Shown in pieces: positions 1 to 10,866 of a stretch of DNA of 64,000 bases. Origin of the DNA: Caecitellus pseudoparvulus (lineage: Eukaryota > Protista > Bigyra: Bicosoecida); the NCBI GenBank assembly GCA_965644315.1, contig CBFFRQ010000067.1:682001-746000 (forward strand). Direction: 5' to 3'. How positions within the stretch are numbered: position 1 is the stretch's first letter; each line of letters opens with the position of its first letter. Position numbers and translations under genes: made by a program. The notes under the pieces were generated by a model that saw only the letters and a list, made by a program, of their open reading frames with translations, made no database searches and had not been told where the DNA came from.

Positions 1-1035
1 GGTGTGGGTGCTGATGTGCGTCTGCGAGTGCCTGTGTCGGCTGAGCTGGGCGAGCAGCTGACTGGGGCGTTGGCTCAGCACGGCACTGCTGTGGCATCCG
101 ATGGCGTTGTGTATGGGCCTGGCAGCGTGGGCGGCGGGGAGGATGGCGTGTTGACGTTGACGCGGTGGGCGCCAGGGTGTGAGGGCGGTCTGGACATGCC
201 GCCGCCTGAGCTGGGCATGGCACGCAGTCTGTCCACTGGCTCTGTGGTGGTGGATGTGCCACCTGTGGCTGCCACCGGGCACGCGTGGCTGCCTGCACAC
301 CAGTGCATCCTGGCTCGTCGGTCTTTCTTCATGCGGCATGCAGTGGCTTCCGGCTTGATCAGTGCGCCAGTGGAGCCCAGTGCTGCAGCGTCCAGTGGTG
401 GCGTGTTCAGCGGGGAGGCGGCCCTGCCCAGCACCGGCGTGGGTCTGCCTGACACCGACCTCAGCACCCACGCAGCTGCCCACATGGTGGAGTTCCTGTA
501 CACTGACCGCATGGGGCGTCTGGCGCTGAGTCAGGCGGCAGCTGCTGGCTTGCACGCAGAGCTGGTCAGTGCACGAGGCATGACCCACGCAGTGGTGTCT
601 GGTGCGGACCCAGCCGAAGCTCTGGCGCAAGGCACCCTGCCACCCCCTGCCGAGGCGCCCTTCTCAGCAGGGGCGGTGCGGGAGGAAGACGCCGTGGAAG
701 ACGCACCTGCTCTGGCCCAGCTGGGCAGCATGCACATGCAGCCGCGCCTGTTGGCCCATGCCCTGCGCAGCATGGTGGCCGGGTACGACCTGTCTGACGC
801 AGAGTCCGCGGTGGGCATGCTGCAGTTCGCGCTGGGGCTGGGCCAGGCGGGGGAGCCGCTGCGGGCTGTGTGCGAGTTCCACCTGCGGCAAACAGTGCCC
901 CGCGAGGACTTGAAGAGCGCTGTGGAAGCGCTTCTTAGCATGCACACCGCGCCCGATGGCCATGAGGGCGGGGAGACCGCGTCCACTCTGCAGTTTCTAC
1001 AGGGCGTCCTCGAAGCCAGGGGGGTGCACGTGTGA
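1..1035 (+). CDS. BTB/POZ-domain protein, 3' part (5' end probably outside the window)
   Basis: Frame is open from the window start. It contains BTB-type motifs 'AHQCILARRSFF' and 'MVEFLYTD' followed by a helical BACK-like segment; stop at 1033-1035. Confidence 0.65.
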   Translation, partial: GVGADVRLRVPVSAELGEQLTGALAQHGTAVASDGVVYGPGSVGGGEDGVLTLTRWAPGCEGGLDMPPPELGMARSLSTGSVVVDVPPVAATGHAWLPAHQCILARRSFFMRHAVASGLISAPVEPSAAASSGGVFSGEAALPSTGVGLPDTDLSTHAAAHMVEFLYTDRMGRLALSQAAAAGLHAELVSARGMTHAVVSGADPAEALAQGTLPPPAEAPFSAGAVREEDAVEDAPALAQLGSMHMQPRLLAHALRSMVAGYDLSDAESAVGMLQFALGLGQAGEPLRAVCEFHLRQTVPREDLKSAVEALLSMHTAPDGHEGGETASTLQFLQGVLEARGVHV

Positions 1036-1458
1036 GGGTTTTGTGGCGTGACGCCACGTGCTGTCGGTCACCTTTGCCTGCCACGCAAGGCAATGCATTT
1101 CGCGCCCGCGTGTAAGTGTTGGAAGATGCAGGCCCTCATAAGCTGCCTGGGCGCGTACTGAAACGGAGCACCCCGTGGGGCAACTGATGCCGACAGAGCC
1201 AGCCGTCGCAGCGACAGTGAGCACCCGTCTCACTTCCCAAGGCGCAGCGTGCCAGTGCATTCAACTTACAAGTGCCCATACTTCCCTTCATCGCAGCATA
1301 TCATACGAGGGCTGTGGATGTTTGCTTTTTTGCGTTTCACGGCGGTTTGCTGCAGGTGGCAGCGGCTACCAAGCTGCCGCCACTTCTTCGCACGCAAGCC
1401 TCGTTACGCACAACGCCAACGCGTAGGGGGAGGGGGGGATCCATCGAATCCGCCCCGC

Positions 1459-4242
1459 ATGCACTTCCTTCCCTATGTGACCATGTCGAGGTTGGGCCTT
1501 GTACCCACACGTGATGCAGGCACAGCCCAGAGTTCCAGCCTCAGCATCCGTGTGCGGCAACCTGTCGAAGTCTTCGCTAGCCAGCCGGAGGCTCGAGAGA
1601 CCACGCCGCCTCCGCGGAGCTCACAGTCGCCTTGGGGGCGCAAGGTCGCTGTGGTGTCACAGGCCCGCTGCTTTGGGGCGCTGCTGTTGCTGGCGTGTCT
1701 GCGAAGCGCAGTGTCCCAGTCCGACCCAAGCAACCGGACAGCCCCCACGCTGCCATGCACTGCCTTTGGGGGCCTGATTGAGCTGGACTCTCCATCTGCA
1801 GTGACGAACTCCACCTCCAGGTGGTACAATGGCCTCTGCCTGCCCTCTGCCCAGCCACCTGGCTCCAGCGCCGTGTACCTGCCCTGCCCGCGACGAGGCT
1901 CCTGCGCACCCCAACGCCAACGCCCCGGCGAGTGTGCACCTGGGCACGAGGGGTTGGTCTGTGGCTCGTGCAAGTCAGGTTGGGCCGCCGCATCTCCATG
2001 TCTGCCCTGCCGTCGCTGTCCAGACACTGGCGTGCCCCCCACCATAGCGAGCGGGGCATTTGCCCTTGTGCAGGTCGCGATTGCCGCTGCCACTGCCGTG
2101 TTCGCTGTGCGGGGGTACGTCTCCGCCCCGGAGAAGCTGTCGACGAGCCTCTTCAGCGGAGGCCTTCGCCTGCTCATGTGGTATGTGGGCATGGCGGGGC
2201 AAATTGGGAGCCTCGTGATCACCGGCTCGAGCACCCTTGCCTCGTCAGCACACACACTTGACCAGTGGGCGACAGTTTGCAACGTCGCGCGGCCGTGGAC
2301 AGGGGCAGATCAAGGCCTGAATGGAACCCTGTACGCTGCAGCAGCTCCCGAATCCAGCACTGCCAACATCATGGCTGCTGCAGGGTCGCTCATCGGTTCC
2401 AGCAGCGTGTCCAGTTTCCCTGGCTTGGGCTGCGTGTCAGGCGGGGGAGACACGGCTTCCTCGCGGGACCCTGGCAGTCTGTCCATGGCAGCCATCGGCT
2501 TCGTCCTGCTGTGCTTGACACTGTCGGCCCTGGACTGGTCGTCCCACCTCGCCCGCAGTGGGTACGCCCTGCCCGCCCCGCGCACCATCCTCTCGGCTCC
2601 AGCCATGTACATGCAGCTGCTCCCGAGCCTGCTGCAGCTGCATGCTCAGCAAGTGGGGCTGCGGCCACAGTACCCTGGGCTGGCATCCCCAAGCAGCCCA
2701 GCAGAGGCCCCAGGAGGCACGGGCACCTTCAGCGCCCTCATGGCCCTTCACTGCCTCGTGGCAACGCTTGGCTTTGCGGGTTTCATGTCATGGCGGCAGT
2801 GGCGCCAGACACGGTCGCCAGGCATGCGGGGCGCGAGCATTCGCAGCTTCTGCGCGAAGGGGTACCGCATTCAGCTGACGCCAGCCCAAGTGCAGTTTGA
2901 ATTGAACGCCATGGGAACGAAAGGCGCTGTTTTGACAAAGGCTGTCGTTGCGGAGGCGTCAGCCGCCGCCGCAGCCTGTTGGGGCTTCGGGGCAGTCTTG
3001 CCGAGCCACGCGTTTGGGTCCCTGCAGCTGCTCCTGGTGGTGGCGCTGGCGTGTGTGTCCTGGCTGACTGTGTCCACCGCCCTGCGCCTGAGCATCGCAG
3101 GCGCTGTGGTATCCCTCAGCTACGGCTTGGTGCGCATGCGGCGGCCATGGTGCTTGGAAGAGCTCAGCGACCTGGACTTGTTGGCGCATGGCGGATTGCT
3201 GACACACATTGCAGCACAAGCCCTGCTCGCTGCCGTCCCCAGCGAAGGGGTGCAAGCCGCCACCAGCGCGGTTTCTGCCTTGGCACACATTGTTGTCCTG
3301 GCTGGCATTGCCTTCGCTGTGGCCCGTGGGTACAGCGGGGCTGTGCGGCAAGTTCTGAGCAAAGTTGCGCTGCGCATACGAGGGTGGTTGCCGGAGCTCG
3401 GCCCGGCAGAGGGCAATGGAGACAGTGCTGTGGGCCAAGTGGAGGACAGTCGCATCCCCACGCTAGTGGAGGTAATAGCTGCACTGGGCTCTCGTGCGTT
3501 TCGTTGCGGGCAGATTCGCGTTGGGCGCCGCACCGGTGCAACCAGCCTTGGCACGCTCCTCAGAAACATGCAAGACATGCCTGTGTCAGGAGAAGAGCAA
3601 GGCGATGGTAGTCGCACCCAGTTGGAGCGTATCCTGGAGAGTCTTGGACCTTCAGCAGGAGCCCTGGTGTCCGTGGCTTCCTTGGACTCGGACGAAGCGG
3701 CTTCACCTTCTGCTCCATCAAGCACGGGCCTGGCCCGCCTGCAGCAGTTGGAACAGGCGGAGCGAGAGCAAACATTACGCCGACAGAGCATATCTGTGGC
3801 TCCGGCCGCCGCTTATGGCACAGTGGCAGCGCGCTCAAGCCCGGCACCGGACTTGCCGAGTAAGCCGCAGTCCCAGACCGACAGTGACATCCTGGAAGCT
3901 CGCGAGCCTATGAGAAGCGTGCAGCTATCCATTAAAGGTATGCTGAGTGGAAGCTTGGAGCTGACACTCCCCATGGATAGCTCGGCCGGTGGACTGCGGG
4001 CGTCAACCGCAAGCTCGAGGCCAGCCTCCCTTCGCGGCAGCCTTGCCAGGCGCCGGTCGTCGGTTAGTCGGAGCAGCAGCATCGATGAGCGCGGCCGGGT
4101 GATGTTCGGTGGCACCCACAGTGGCGAAGTAGCCAACCGCCTCCGGTCTCGCCGAAGCCGCACGTCAAGCATCGCTCCGCCACCTGCTGACGGAAGAGCG
4201 AGCATATCTGTGCGGCCTCCACGCCGATCATCAAGGAAGTGA
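1459..4242 (+). CDS. Multi-pass membrane protein: short ectodomain, Cys-rich module, ~9-TM domain and long Ser/Arg-rich cytoplasmic tail; paralog of 51850..64000
   Basis: ORF 1249..4242; first ATGs at 1318/1459/1483, so the start is uncertain. Signal-like stretch 'FGALLLLACLRSAVSQ'; Cys module 'CPRRGSC..CAPGHEGLVCGSCKSGW..CLPCRRC'; repeated hydrophobic segments; 'GYRIQL', 'PSHAF' and 'RPWCLEELS' align with motifs in the giant protein. Confidence 0.75.
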   Translation: MHFLPYVTMSRLGLVPTRDAGTAQSSSLSIRVRQPVEVFASQPEARETTPPPRSSQSPWGRKVAVVSQARCFGALLLLACLRSAVSQSDPSNRTAPTLPCTAFGGLIELDSPSAVTNSTSRWYNGLCLPSAQPPGSSAVYLPCPRRGSCAPQRQRPGECAPGHEGLVCGSCKSGWAAASPCLPCRRCPDTGVPPTIASGAFALVQVAIAAATAVFAVRGYVSAPEKLSTSLFSGGLRLLMWYVGMAGQIGSLVITGSSTLASSAHTLDQWATVCNVARPWTGADQGLNGTLYAAAAPESSTANIMAAAGSLIGSSSVSSFPGLGCVSGGGDTASSRDPGSLSMAAIGFVLLCLTLSALDWSSHLARSGYALPAPRTILSAPAMYMQLLPSLLQLHAQQVGLRPQYPGLASPSSPAEAPGGTGTFSALMALHCLVATLGFAGFMSWRQWRQTRSPGMRGASIRSFCAKGYRIQLTPAQVQFELNAMGTKGAVLTKAVVAEASAAAAACWGFGAVLPSHAFGSLQLLLVVALACVSWLTVSTALRLSIAGAVVSLSYGLVRMRRPWCLEELSDLDLLAHGGLLTHIAAQALLAAVPSEGVQAATSAVSALAHIVVLAGIAFAVARGYSGAVRQVLSKVALRIRGWLPELGPAEGNGDSAVGQVEDSRIPTLVEVIAALGSRAFRCGQIRVGRRTGATSLGTLLRNMQDMPVSGEEQGDGSRTQLERILESLGPSAGALVSVASLDSDEAASPSAPSSTGLARLQQLEQAEREQTLRRQSISVAPAAAYGTVAARSSPAPDLPSKPQSQTDSDILEAREPMRSVQLSIKGMLSGSLELTLPMDSSAGGLRASTASSRPASLRGSLARRRSSVSRSSSIDERGRVMFGGTHSGEVANRLRSRRSRTSSIAPPPADGRASISVRPPRRSSRK

Positions 4243-4309
4243 CTTCAATTCAACTGCTTGCATTGCAGGATCGTGAAGGAATCACGCACTGGCCGAAGCT
4301 TGGGGTCTC

Positions 4310-6684
4310 TTAATCGACCTCCTCGATCTTGGGGCCGCCAGAGCCGCCGGCAGCGGCAGGGGGGGCGCCGCCAGGCATGCCACCGGGCATGCCACCAGGC
4401 ATACCACCGGGCATACCACCGGGCATACCACCGGGCATGCCGCCAGGCATACCGCCAGGCATGCCGCCTGCAGCGCCCTCAGCGCCGCCGTAGGCCTTGG
4501 CCATGATGGGCATGACCTTGCCCTCCAGCTCCTTCTGCTTCTCCTCGTACTCCTCCTTCTCGCCGGACTGGTTGGCATCCAGCCATGCGACGGCCTCATC
4601 GATGGCGTCGTTGGCGGTCTTCTTGTCCTCCTCAGACAGCTTGTCAGCGAGCTTCTCGTCCTTCAGGGAGTTCTTGACGGAGAAGGCGTAGTTCTCCAGG
4701 GCGTTCTTGGCCTCGATGCGGCTCTTGGCACGCTCATCCTCAGCCTTGAACTTCTCGGCCTCGGACACCATGCGCTCGATGTCGTCAGTGGACAGGCGGC
4801 CCTTCTCGTTCTTGATGCTGATCTTCTGCTCGCGGCCGGTGCTCTTCTCCACGGCAGACACGTGCAGGATGCCATCAGTGGAGATGTCGAAGGTGACCTC
4901 GATCTGAGGCACGCCACGGGGCATGGGGGGAATGTTGTCCAGGTGGAACTTGCCCAGCAGGTTGTTGTCCTTGGTCATGGAGCGCTCGCCCTCGTACACC
5001 TGGATCAGCACGCCAGTCTGGTTGTCGGCGTAGGTGGAGAAAGTCTGGGACTTCTTCGTGGGCACGGTGGTGTTGCGGGGGATGAGGGTGGTCATCACAC
5101 CGCCAGCGGTCTCCAGGCCCAGCGACAGGGGGGTCACATCCAGCAGCAGGATCTCGTCCAGCTTGCCGCCCTTGTCGGCGTTGGTGAGGATGGCAGCCTG
5201 CACGGTGGCACCGTAGGCGACGGCCTCGTCGGGGTTGATGCTCTTGCAGGGGTCCTTGTTGAAGTACTCGGTGAGCATGGACTGGATGCGGGGGATGCGG
5301 GTGGAGCCGCCGACCAGCACGACCTCGTGCACGTTGGACTTGGAGATCTTGGAGTCCTTCAGCACCTGGTCCACAGGCTTGATGGTCTTCTTGAAGTCGG
5401 AGTTGCACAGCTCCTCGAAGCGGGCGCGGGTGATGGTCGTGGAGTAGTCCACACCCTCGAACAGGCTGTCGATCTCAATGAAGGCCTGAGTGGAGGAGGA
5501 CAAGCTGCGCTTGGCACGCTCGCAGGCAGTGCGCAGGCGGCGCTTGGCGCGCTCGGAGGTGGTCAGGTCCTTGCCGCGGTGCTTGCGCTTGAAGTCGGTG
5601 ATGCAGTAGTCCACCAGGCGGTTGTCGAAGTCCTCGCCGCCCAAGTGAGTGTCACCAGCGGTGGCCTTGACCTCGAAGATGCCGTCCTCCATGGTCAGCA
5701 GGGACACATCGAAGGTACCGCCACCCAGGTCGAAGATGAGCACGTTCTTCTCGCCGTCGGTCTTGTCCAGGCCGTACGCGATGGCGGCGGCGGTGGGCTC
5801 GTTGATGATGCGCAGGACGTTCAGGCCGGAGATGGTGCCGGCGTCCTTGGTGGCCTGGCGCTGGCCGTCGTTGAAGTAAGCGGGCACGGTGATGACTGCC
5901 TGCTTCACGTCGCCACCCAGGAAGGCCTCAGCCACCTCCTTCATCTTGACGAGGACCATGGCGGAGATCTCCTCAGGCTGGAAGCGCTTGCTCTCGCCCT
6001 TGTACTGCACCTCGATGAGGGGCTTGTCGCCGGGGCCCTGCACCAGCTTGAAAGGCCAGTGCTTGGTGTCAGCCTGGACCACGGGGTCGGAGAACTTGCG
6101 GCCGATCAGGCGCTTGGCGTCGAACACCGTGTTGGTGGGGTTCATTGCCGTCTGGTTCTTGGCGGCATCGCCGATCAGGCGCTCAGAGTCGGTGAAGGCC
6201 ACATAGGAAGGGGTGGTGCGGTTACCCTGGCTGCAAAGGAGAGGAGGGTGGGGTTGGTGTGAGGTGGAAAGTTCCATGGGCGGGTGCGGAAATAGCGCCG
6301 CGCCAGGGATGGAAATTTCCATCGCTACGGCTTCCACGCGCAGCACACCGTGCACTTACTCGTTGGCGATGATCTCCACACGGTCGTTCTGCCACACACC
6401 GACGCAAGAGTAGGTGGTGCCTGTGCAGTGAGGAGGGAAGGCGGCGTGAAGAACGCGTCAGTTGAGCAGCGGAGCAACGCCAAAGAACATTCGGACACGC
6501 CGAATGCCAGGCAGCGCTGACACGCACCCAGATCGATACCGACGGCAAAGCCGGTTGCCTGTGTATGGTGAAATGGGGTGAATCAGTGCAGTTTCGTGTG
6601 GCAGGGCGCGTGGGCAGCTGGCCCCGTCAAGGCGTGTCAGCGCCAAACACGACGCATTGCACCTACCTCAGCAGCAGCGGCCAT
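4310..6684 (-). CDS. HSP70: Cytosolic heat shock protein 70; exons 6684-6667, 6558-6528, 6420-6360, 6230-4310
   Basis: Spliced reading MAAAAE|[11 protein letters not shown]|[20 protein letters not shown]|[12 protein letters not shown], with GT-AG introns of 108, 107 and 129 nt. [12 protein letters not shown] and [11 protein letters not shown] signatures; GGMP repeats; C-terminal PKIEEVD (cytosolic type). Confidence 0.98.
4373..4468 (-). repeat. 12-bp coding tandem repeat, 8 x GGMP, in the HSP70 C-terminus
   Basis: Eight 'ggcat' units at 12-nt spacing; GGMP repeats are a known feature of cytosolic HSP70s. Confidence 0.95.
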
Positions 6685-7302
6685 GATGAAAGGCTCGTAA
6701 AAGCTTGGATGTGTTCACGTGCGTGGATACACAGGGAGTGTACAGGTTGTTGTCTGTTGCGATGGGATGCGTGTGTTCGTTGGGTTGTTGGATTTGACAA
6801 GTAGGCAGCACTGAAGCCGAGAGAGACCCCCCCCCGCACACCCCTTACTCGTGGACAGGCCCTCTTACCGCTCAGCAGGCCACTAGATAAGCTCGCAGGC
6901 CAAGCAGGGAGAAAGCATGAAGGTTTGGCAGAAGGTTTATCAGTGTCCTGGCCCTTGGGTCTCCCGTCAGACAAGGAAGAGAAGTGGTGCGGATTTTGCC
7001 ACGCTTCGAGCAGCACTCGACGCTCCGCAAGCTGCACAAAACCACGATCCTCAGCCCCACCAATACTGATGGGACATGCTGCGTCGATCATTTGGGCAGC
7101 GGTGCGCTGGGTCCCCTGGCCCATTCCCAAGCATTGTCCAACACATGTCAACACACTTGCTGGTGCCGCACCCACATTTTACTCCTCACTTTGGACGCCT
7201 GGGAGCCACCCGTACGCCCTTACATCAGCGCCACGACCACGCTCACCCTCCTGAAAGATCGAGTGGAGTGCCCAACAGGCTGAAAGACCTTCACGCGTCA
7301 CC

Positions 7303-8046
7303 ATGAGTGCACAGAGCGACTCAGCCGACGCTGAAGCCAAAGTTCCACCACGCCTGGCCTCAGCGTGGAGCTCCTGTGCCTTGTCCAGCTTGGAAACAGA
7401 GCTGAGATCCTCCCACGTATCCACAGCAGTCATTGCCCAGCTGCCCTTGGTGCCCCTGCCCCTTCAGGCACTTGGATTCAGCCACGTGAGAGACAAGCGC
7501 CGTTCAGTGGAAAAAGCGCTCATTGCCATTTCACTTGCCGTGGCACACGCCGAGCCTGTGGTGCGGGCAATCGCGAGGGCAGCCCAGGCGGGGCATCCGC
7601 TTCTGCAGCCCTGCCCTGCACAACCCCCCAGCCTGCCCCTTTTGAATGCGAAGCCGCCGGCAGCGCCCTGCGCCACAGACATGCATGCTTCAGCACCCCC
7701 ACGCGTGCTCAGGCGAGCAGGCTCGTGGGGGGACGCGGCTGTGGCTGTGTCAGAGGCCCTGCGTGACTCCTTGCCTCCTGGGCTTCAGGCTAGCAGCGCC
7801 AAGCTGGCGCACTTGACACCCCGAGGCTTGACGGGTCTGCTGGCGCTGCGAGACTATGAGGCGGAAAGCGCATCTGAGAACAGCTCCATTTTGTACGCCT
7901 TGTGCGCTGCTGTTGTGCGTGCAGGCACCCCTGGTGCAGGGCGGCCGCTGCTGGAGTTGGCTGGCAAGGCGACGTGGAGCATGAAACGCAGCATGGTCCT
8001 GCTCCGAGCCTCCCTGCGCGAAGATGGCGCGCCAAGGCAGGGGTGA
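7303..8046 (+). CDS. Hypothetical protein (247 aa), divergent from HSP70
   Basis: ATG in good context (caccATGa) and an Ala/Leu-rich helical ORF; no motif recognised. Confidence 0.5.
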   Translation: MSAQSDSADAEAKVPPRLASAWSSCALSSLETELRSSHVSTAVIAQLPLVPLPLQALGFSHVRDKRRSVEKALIAISLAVAHAEPVVRAIARAAQAGHPLLQPCPAQPPSLPLLNAKPPAAPCATDMHASAPPRVLRRAGSWGDAAVAVSEALRDSLPPGLQASSAKLAHLTPRGLTGLLALRDYEAESASENSSILYALCAAVVRAGTPGAGRPLLELAGKATWSMKRSMVLLRASLREDGAPRQG

Positions 8047-8540
8047 AGTCAGATATGGCTAGTCACGTGTACATTCAAAGGCATGCCCTTGCAGCTGCTG
8101 AAGCGACGAGCTGGTTGCCGCGTGCCTCGCCGAGCTCTTGTCCAGCGCCAGCTCCGAATTTGCAAGTGCGCTTTGGCTGTCCACACACGCCACAGAGTGC
8201 AGAACCCACACATTCCGGTACAACGACAACTTTAAACGCAGCGATCTCTGCCTCCTTCCACTGTGCATTCCCGGCGTTCGTCGGACCTTGCCCTGCAGCA
8301 ACTGCGCAATGCATGGCGAGGGCTAAGTGGTTGCAGCGACACTCAGCCAAGGTGGGGCCGAAGCTCCCTCAGACGGCAAGCCTCCCGTAGCGCCGCACGA
8401 TGGCAGACGTTCAACAGGCACTGAGTGTGCTGTGTGGCATGGGTGCAGCCAAGGGCAGTCGCGACGGCACACAGGCCCGCATTCGCATTCGTAGGTGATG
8501 CTGCCGAAGCCGCCAACGCCAGGTGCCTCACACAGCCAAC

Positions 8541-10584
8541 ATGCCTGCCCCCTCAGTTTGGCTTGCGTCCCTCATCACTTCCATTTTCCTGGCGTACTCC
8601 ACACTTGGCACGGGCTGGGCGGGCAGCGTGGTGCACTTCAAGCCCTTCCGTGCGCCGGGGGAGACCAGTGAAATCCTCGTTGGACTGGTGTGGGCTGAGC
8701 GCGTGCAGCACGTGAAGGACCCCCTGACTGACCTCCCCACGACCCAGCACAACTTCACCAGCGCTGTGGCAATGCTGGAGGAGCTGGATGGGGTCACCAG
8801 ACCACGCAAGCGGAGACAGGTCACCGACCTGTCTGTCCTGAGCACCGCCCGAGCTCTCCTCATCACGGCCACCGCACTGTCGGCTCTGAAGACGCTGGCG
8901 CTGACGGCGCTGTTCTACGGCGTGCACACTCCGGTCCTGCGCAAGGCCCTGTACTTTGCGGCCGGCACGCTGGCCTTCTCCTGCTCCTTGCTCAGCACGG
9001 TGGCGGTGGTGGTGTGGTCGGGCGCCGATGTCGAGGGTGTCATGTGTGATGCCGTGAACATCCTCATTGACAGCCGGTCACGGAGAGAGGACGTGAACAC
9101 CACTGCCACCTGTGGCCTGGGCTCTGCTTCCGCCCTGTGCATGTTCAACATCGCTCTGTTCATGCTGGAAGGCATCACTGACCTGTACTGGCTGAGGGCA
9201 GACCTGTCAGGTGCTGTGCTGCCGCCGCCCGGAGACCAGCCGGTGCCCTGGACACACACTTTGAACCCCCTCGCATTTTTCGGTTGTGTGTCGTCGGCGG
9301 CATCCCGTGAGCGTGTCAGAGGGCTGCTCCGAATTCGTGCGTTTCGCCTCGGCAACCCTGCACTCCCCCGACACCTCACGCTCCTCACACGTCCCCCCTC
9401 CCTCGCCAGTCATCTTCGGCGCCTTCCTGGTGACCGCTCTGCTCACGTACATTGCTTTTGGGTGGAGCTGGGGTGCAGTGCGCCTGACCCTGCCAACGCC
9501 CCAGAACTCCACCGTGACCCGCCAGGTGAACCTCGGCCTGCAGTGGACACAGAGTGAGCAGCGTGCACTGCCGCTGCCCCCACTCTTGTCGAACACACGC
9601 ACCTCCCCCTCCGCCGCAGACACCACATTCGATTTCGTCAATGCTGGGTCGAGCGAGCCCGGATCCATGCAGGTGTATGAGCCACTTTCCGCACTGCTTC
9701 AGCCCCTGAACGAGGCAGCGGGAGGCGGAAGCAGCACCAACTCCACCGCTCCCCCGGTCCAAGCTGTATCCCCGACATCACAGCCCCACACTGCCTTTGC
9801 CCTCCTTGCCACGGCACTGGCGGTGCAAGGGGCCTGCTGCCTCACGCTCCTGTACACATCCCTTGGCGTCGCTGGACCCAGCTCCCGCACTGCCTTGTGG
9901 CTGTGCACGGTGGCCCTGCCTCTCCTGGCAGCGGCCTGCCTGGCTGCTGGGTCTGCGGTGTGGCTGCAGGCTGGCGTCATGGATGCCGTGTGTTCCTGGC
10001 TTCGGAACACCACCGCTGACTCCGCAGGCACCACTGTGGCTTGCTCCGACCCCGTCAGCTTGCCCCTCGTCGTGACCACTGGCGTCCTCCTGCTGTGCCA
10101 GGCGGTGGGCACGGGCGCTGCCTTGAGGGAGGATGCCCTGGAGGCTGTACAGCACGAGGTGAGCGGCAGCCCAAGCGAGGGGTACGGCCCCTGGGCCCGC
10201 AAGCGAGGAGCCAGTACGGCCCAGCCGACCACGCGGAACCCCATGGTGCAGCGAGGGCGAGCTCAAGCAAGGCCTGGTGAAGGCCGCGATCGAGCCCCCA
10301 GTCTGTCCACCAGCCCCCGGGGCCGAGCCCCCAGTCTGCCCACCACACCTCGGGGACGCGCCCCAAGCCTGCCCACTAGCGGCAGAGACAGAGCGCCAAG
10401 CACCTCCCGTGGCAAGGTGTCGGGGTCGCCCCGCAGGGATGGCGACTCCAAGGCAGAGTCAATGCGAGAGCGAGCAATCAGCTTGAGCCGCCAGGCGCCT
10501 CGAGCCTCGTTTGCCACTGCGTTTGGCCCAGGCTCTGAGCGGACTCTGCGCTCTGGCTCTGTTCTGCGCCGAGGCGCAGTGTGA
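8541..10584 (+). CDS. Membrane protein with two tandem claudin/PMP22/amastin-like 4-TM modules; exons 8541-9336 and 9410-10584
   Basis: A 73-nt intron (GTGCGT at 9337 ... CAG at 9409) joins ORFs 8523 and 9286 in frame (..GLLRIL|IFGAFLV..). Each half has TM1, W-x(n)-GL-x-W, three more TMs and a Cys pair in the second loop. Confidence 0.65.
10291..10404 (+). repeat. 33-nt coding repeat, 4 copies of RAPS(L)
   Basis: RAPS codons start at 10291, 10324, 10357 and 10390. Confidence 0.85.
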
Positions 10585-10866
10585 GGCTTCACCAGCACTT
10601 TTCTTGTTCCACTGTCACATCCAATCTGTCGCTCGAGGCCCAGGTGCGCAGTCCGTGCCTCTCGCGTTTCCTGGAGCACCGCACACCCCACTTTCGGCAT
10701 TCTGACAAAAGCAACACAGGTTGAAGACGCAAGAAGGGGATACAGAAGCGCGTTTACCCACAGATCCCACGATTTTCATCCTTCCGCTGACGATATTCCA
10801 GCACATCAGGGCGAGAGCCCTCCACTTATACACCCCGCAACGCCAGCGAAACGCCGAGCCCCTGCC

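Noticed and set aside
4862-6262. 466-aa ORF antisense to HSP70, reminiscent of the proposed antisense NAD-GDH gene opposite hsp70
   Set aside because: It is the codon-for-codon shadow of a GC3-biased HSP70; such antisense ORFs are a known by-product, and no dehydrogenase motifs are visible.
6231-6355. ORF-track N-terminus of HSP70 ([10 protein letters not shown]...)
   Set aside because: It is translated intron 3; the true N-terminus lies on three upstream exons.
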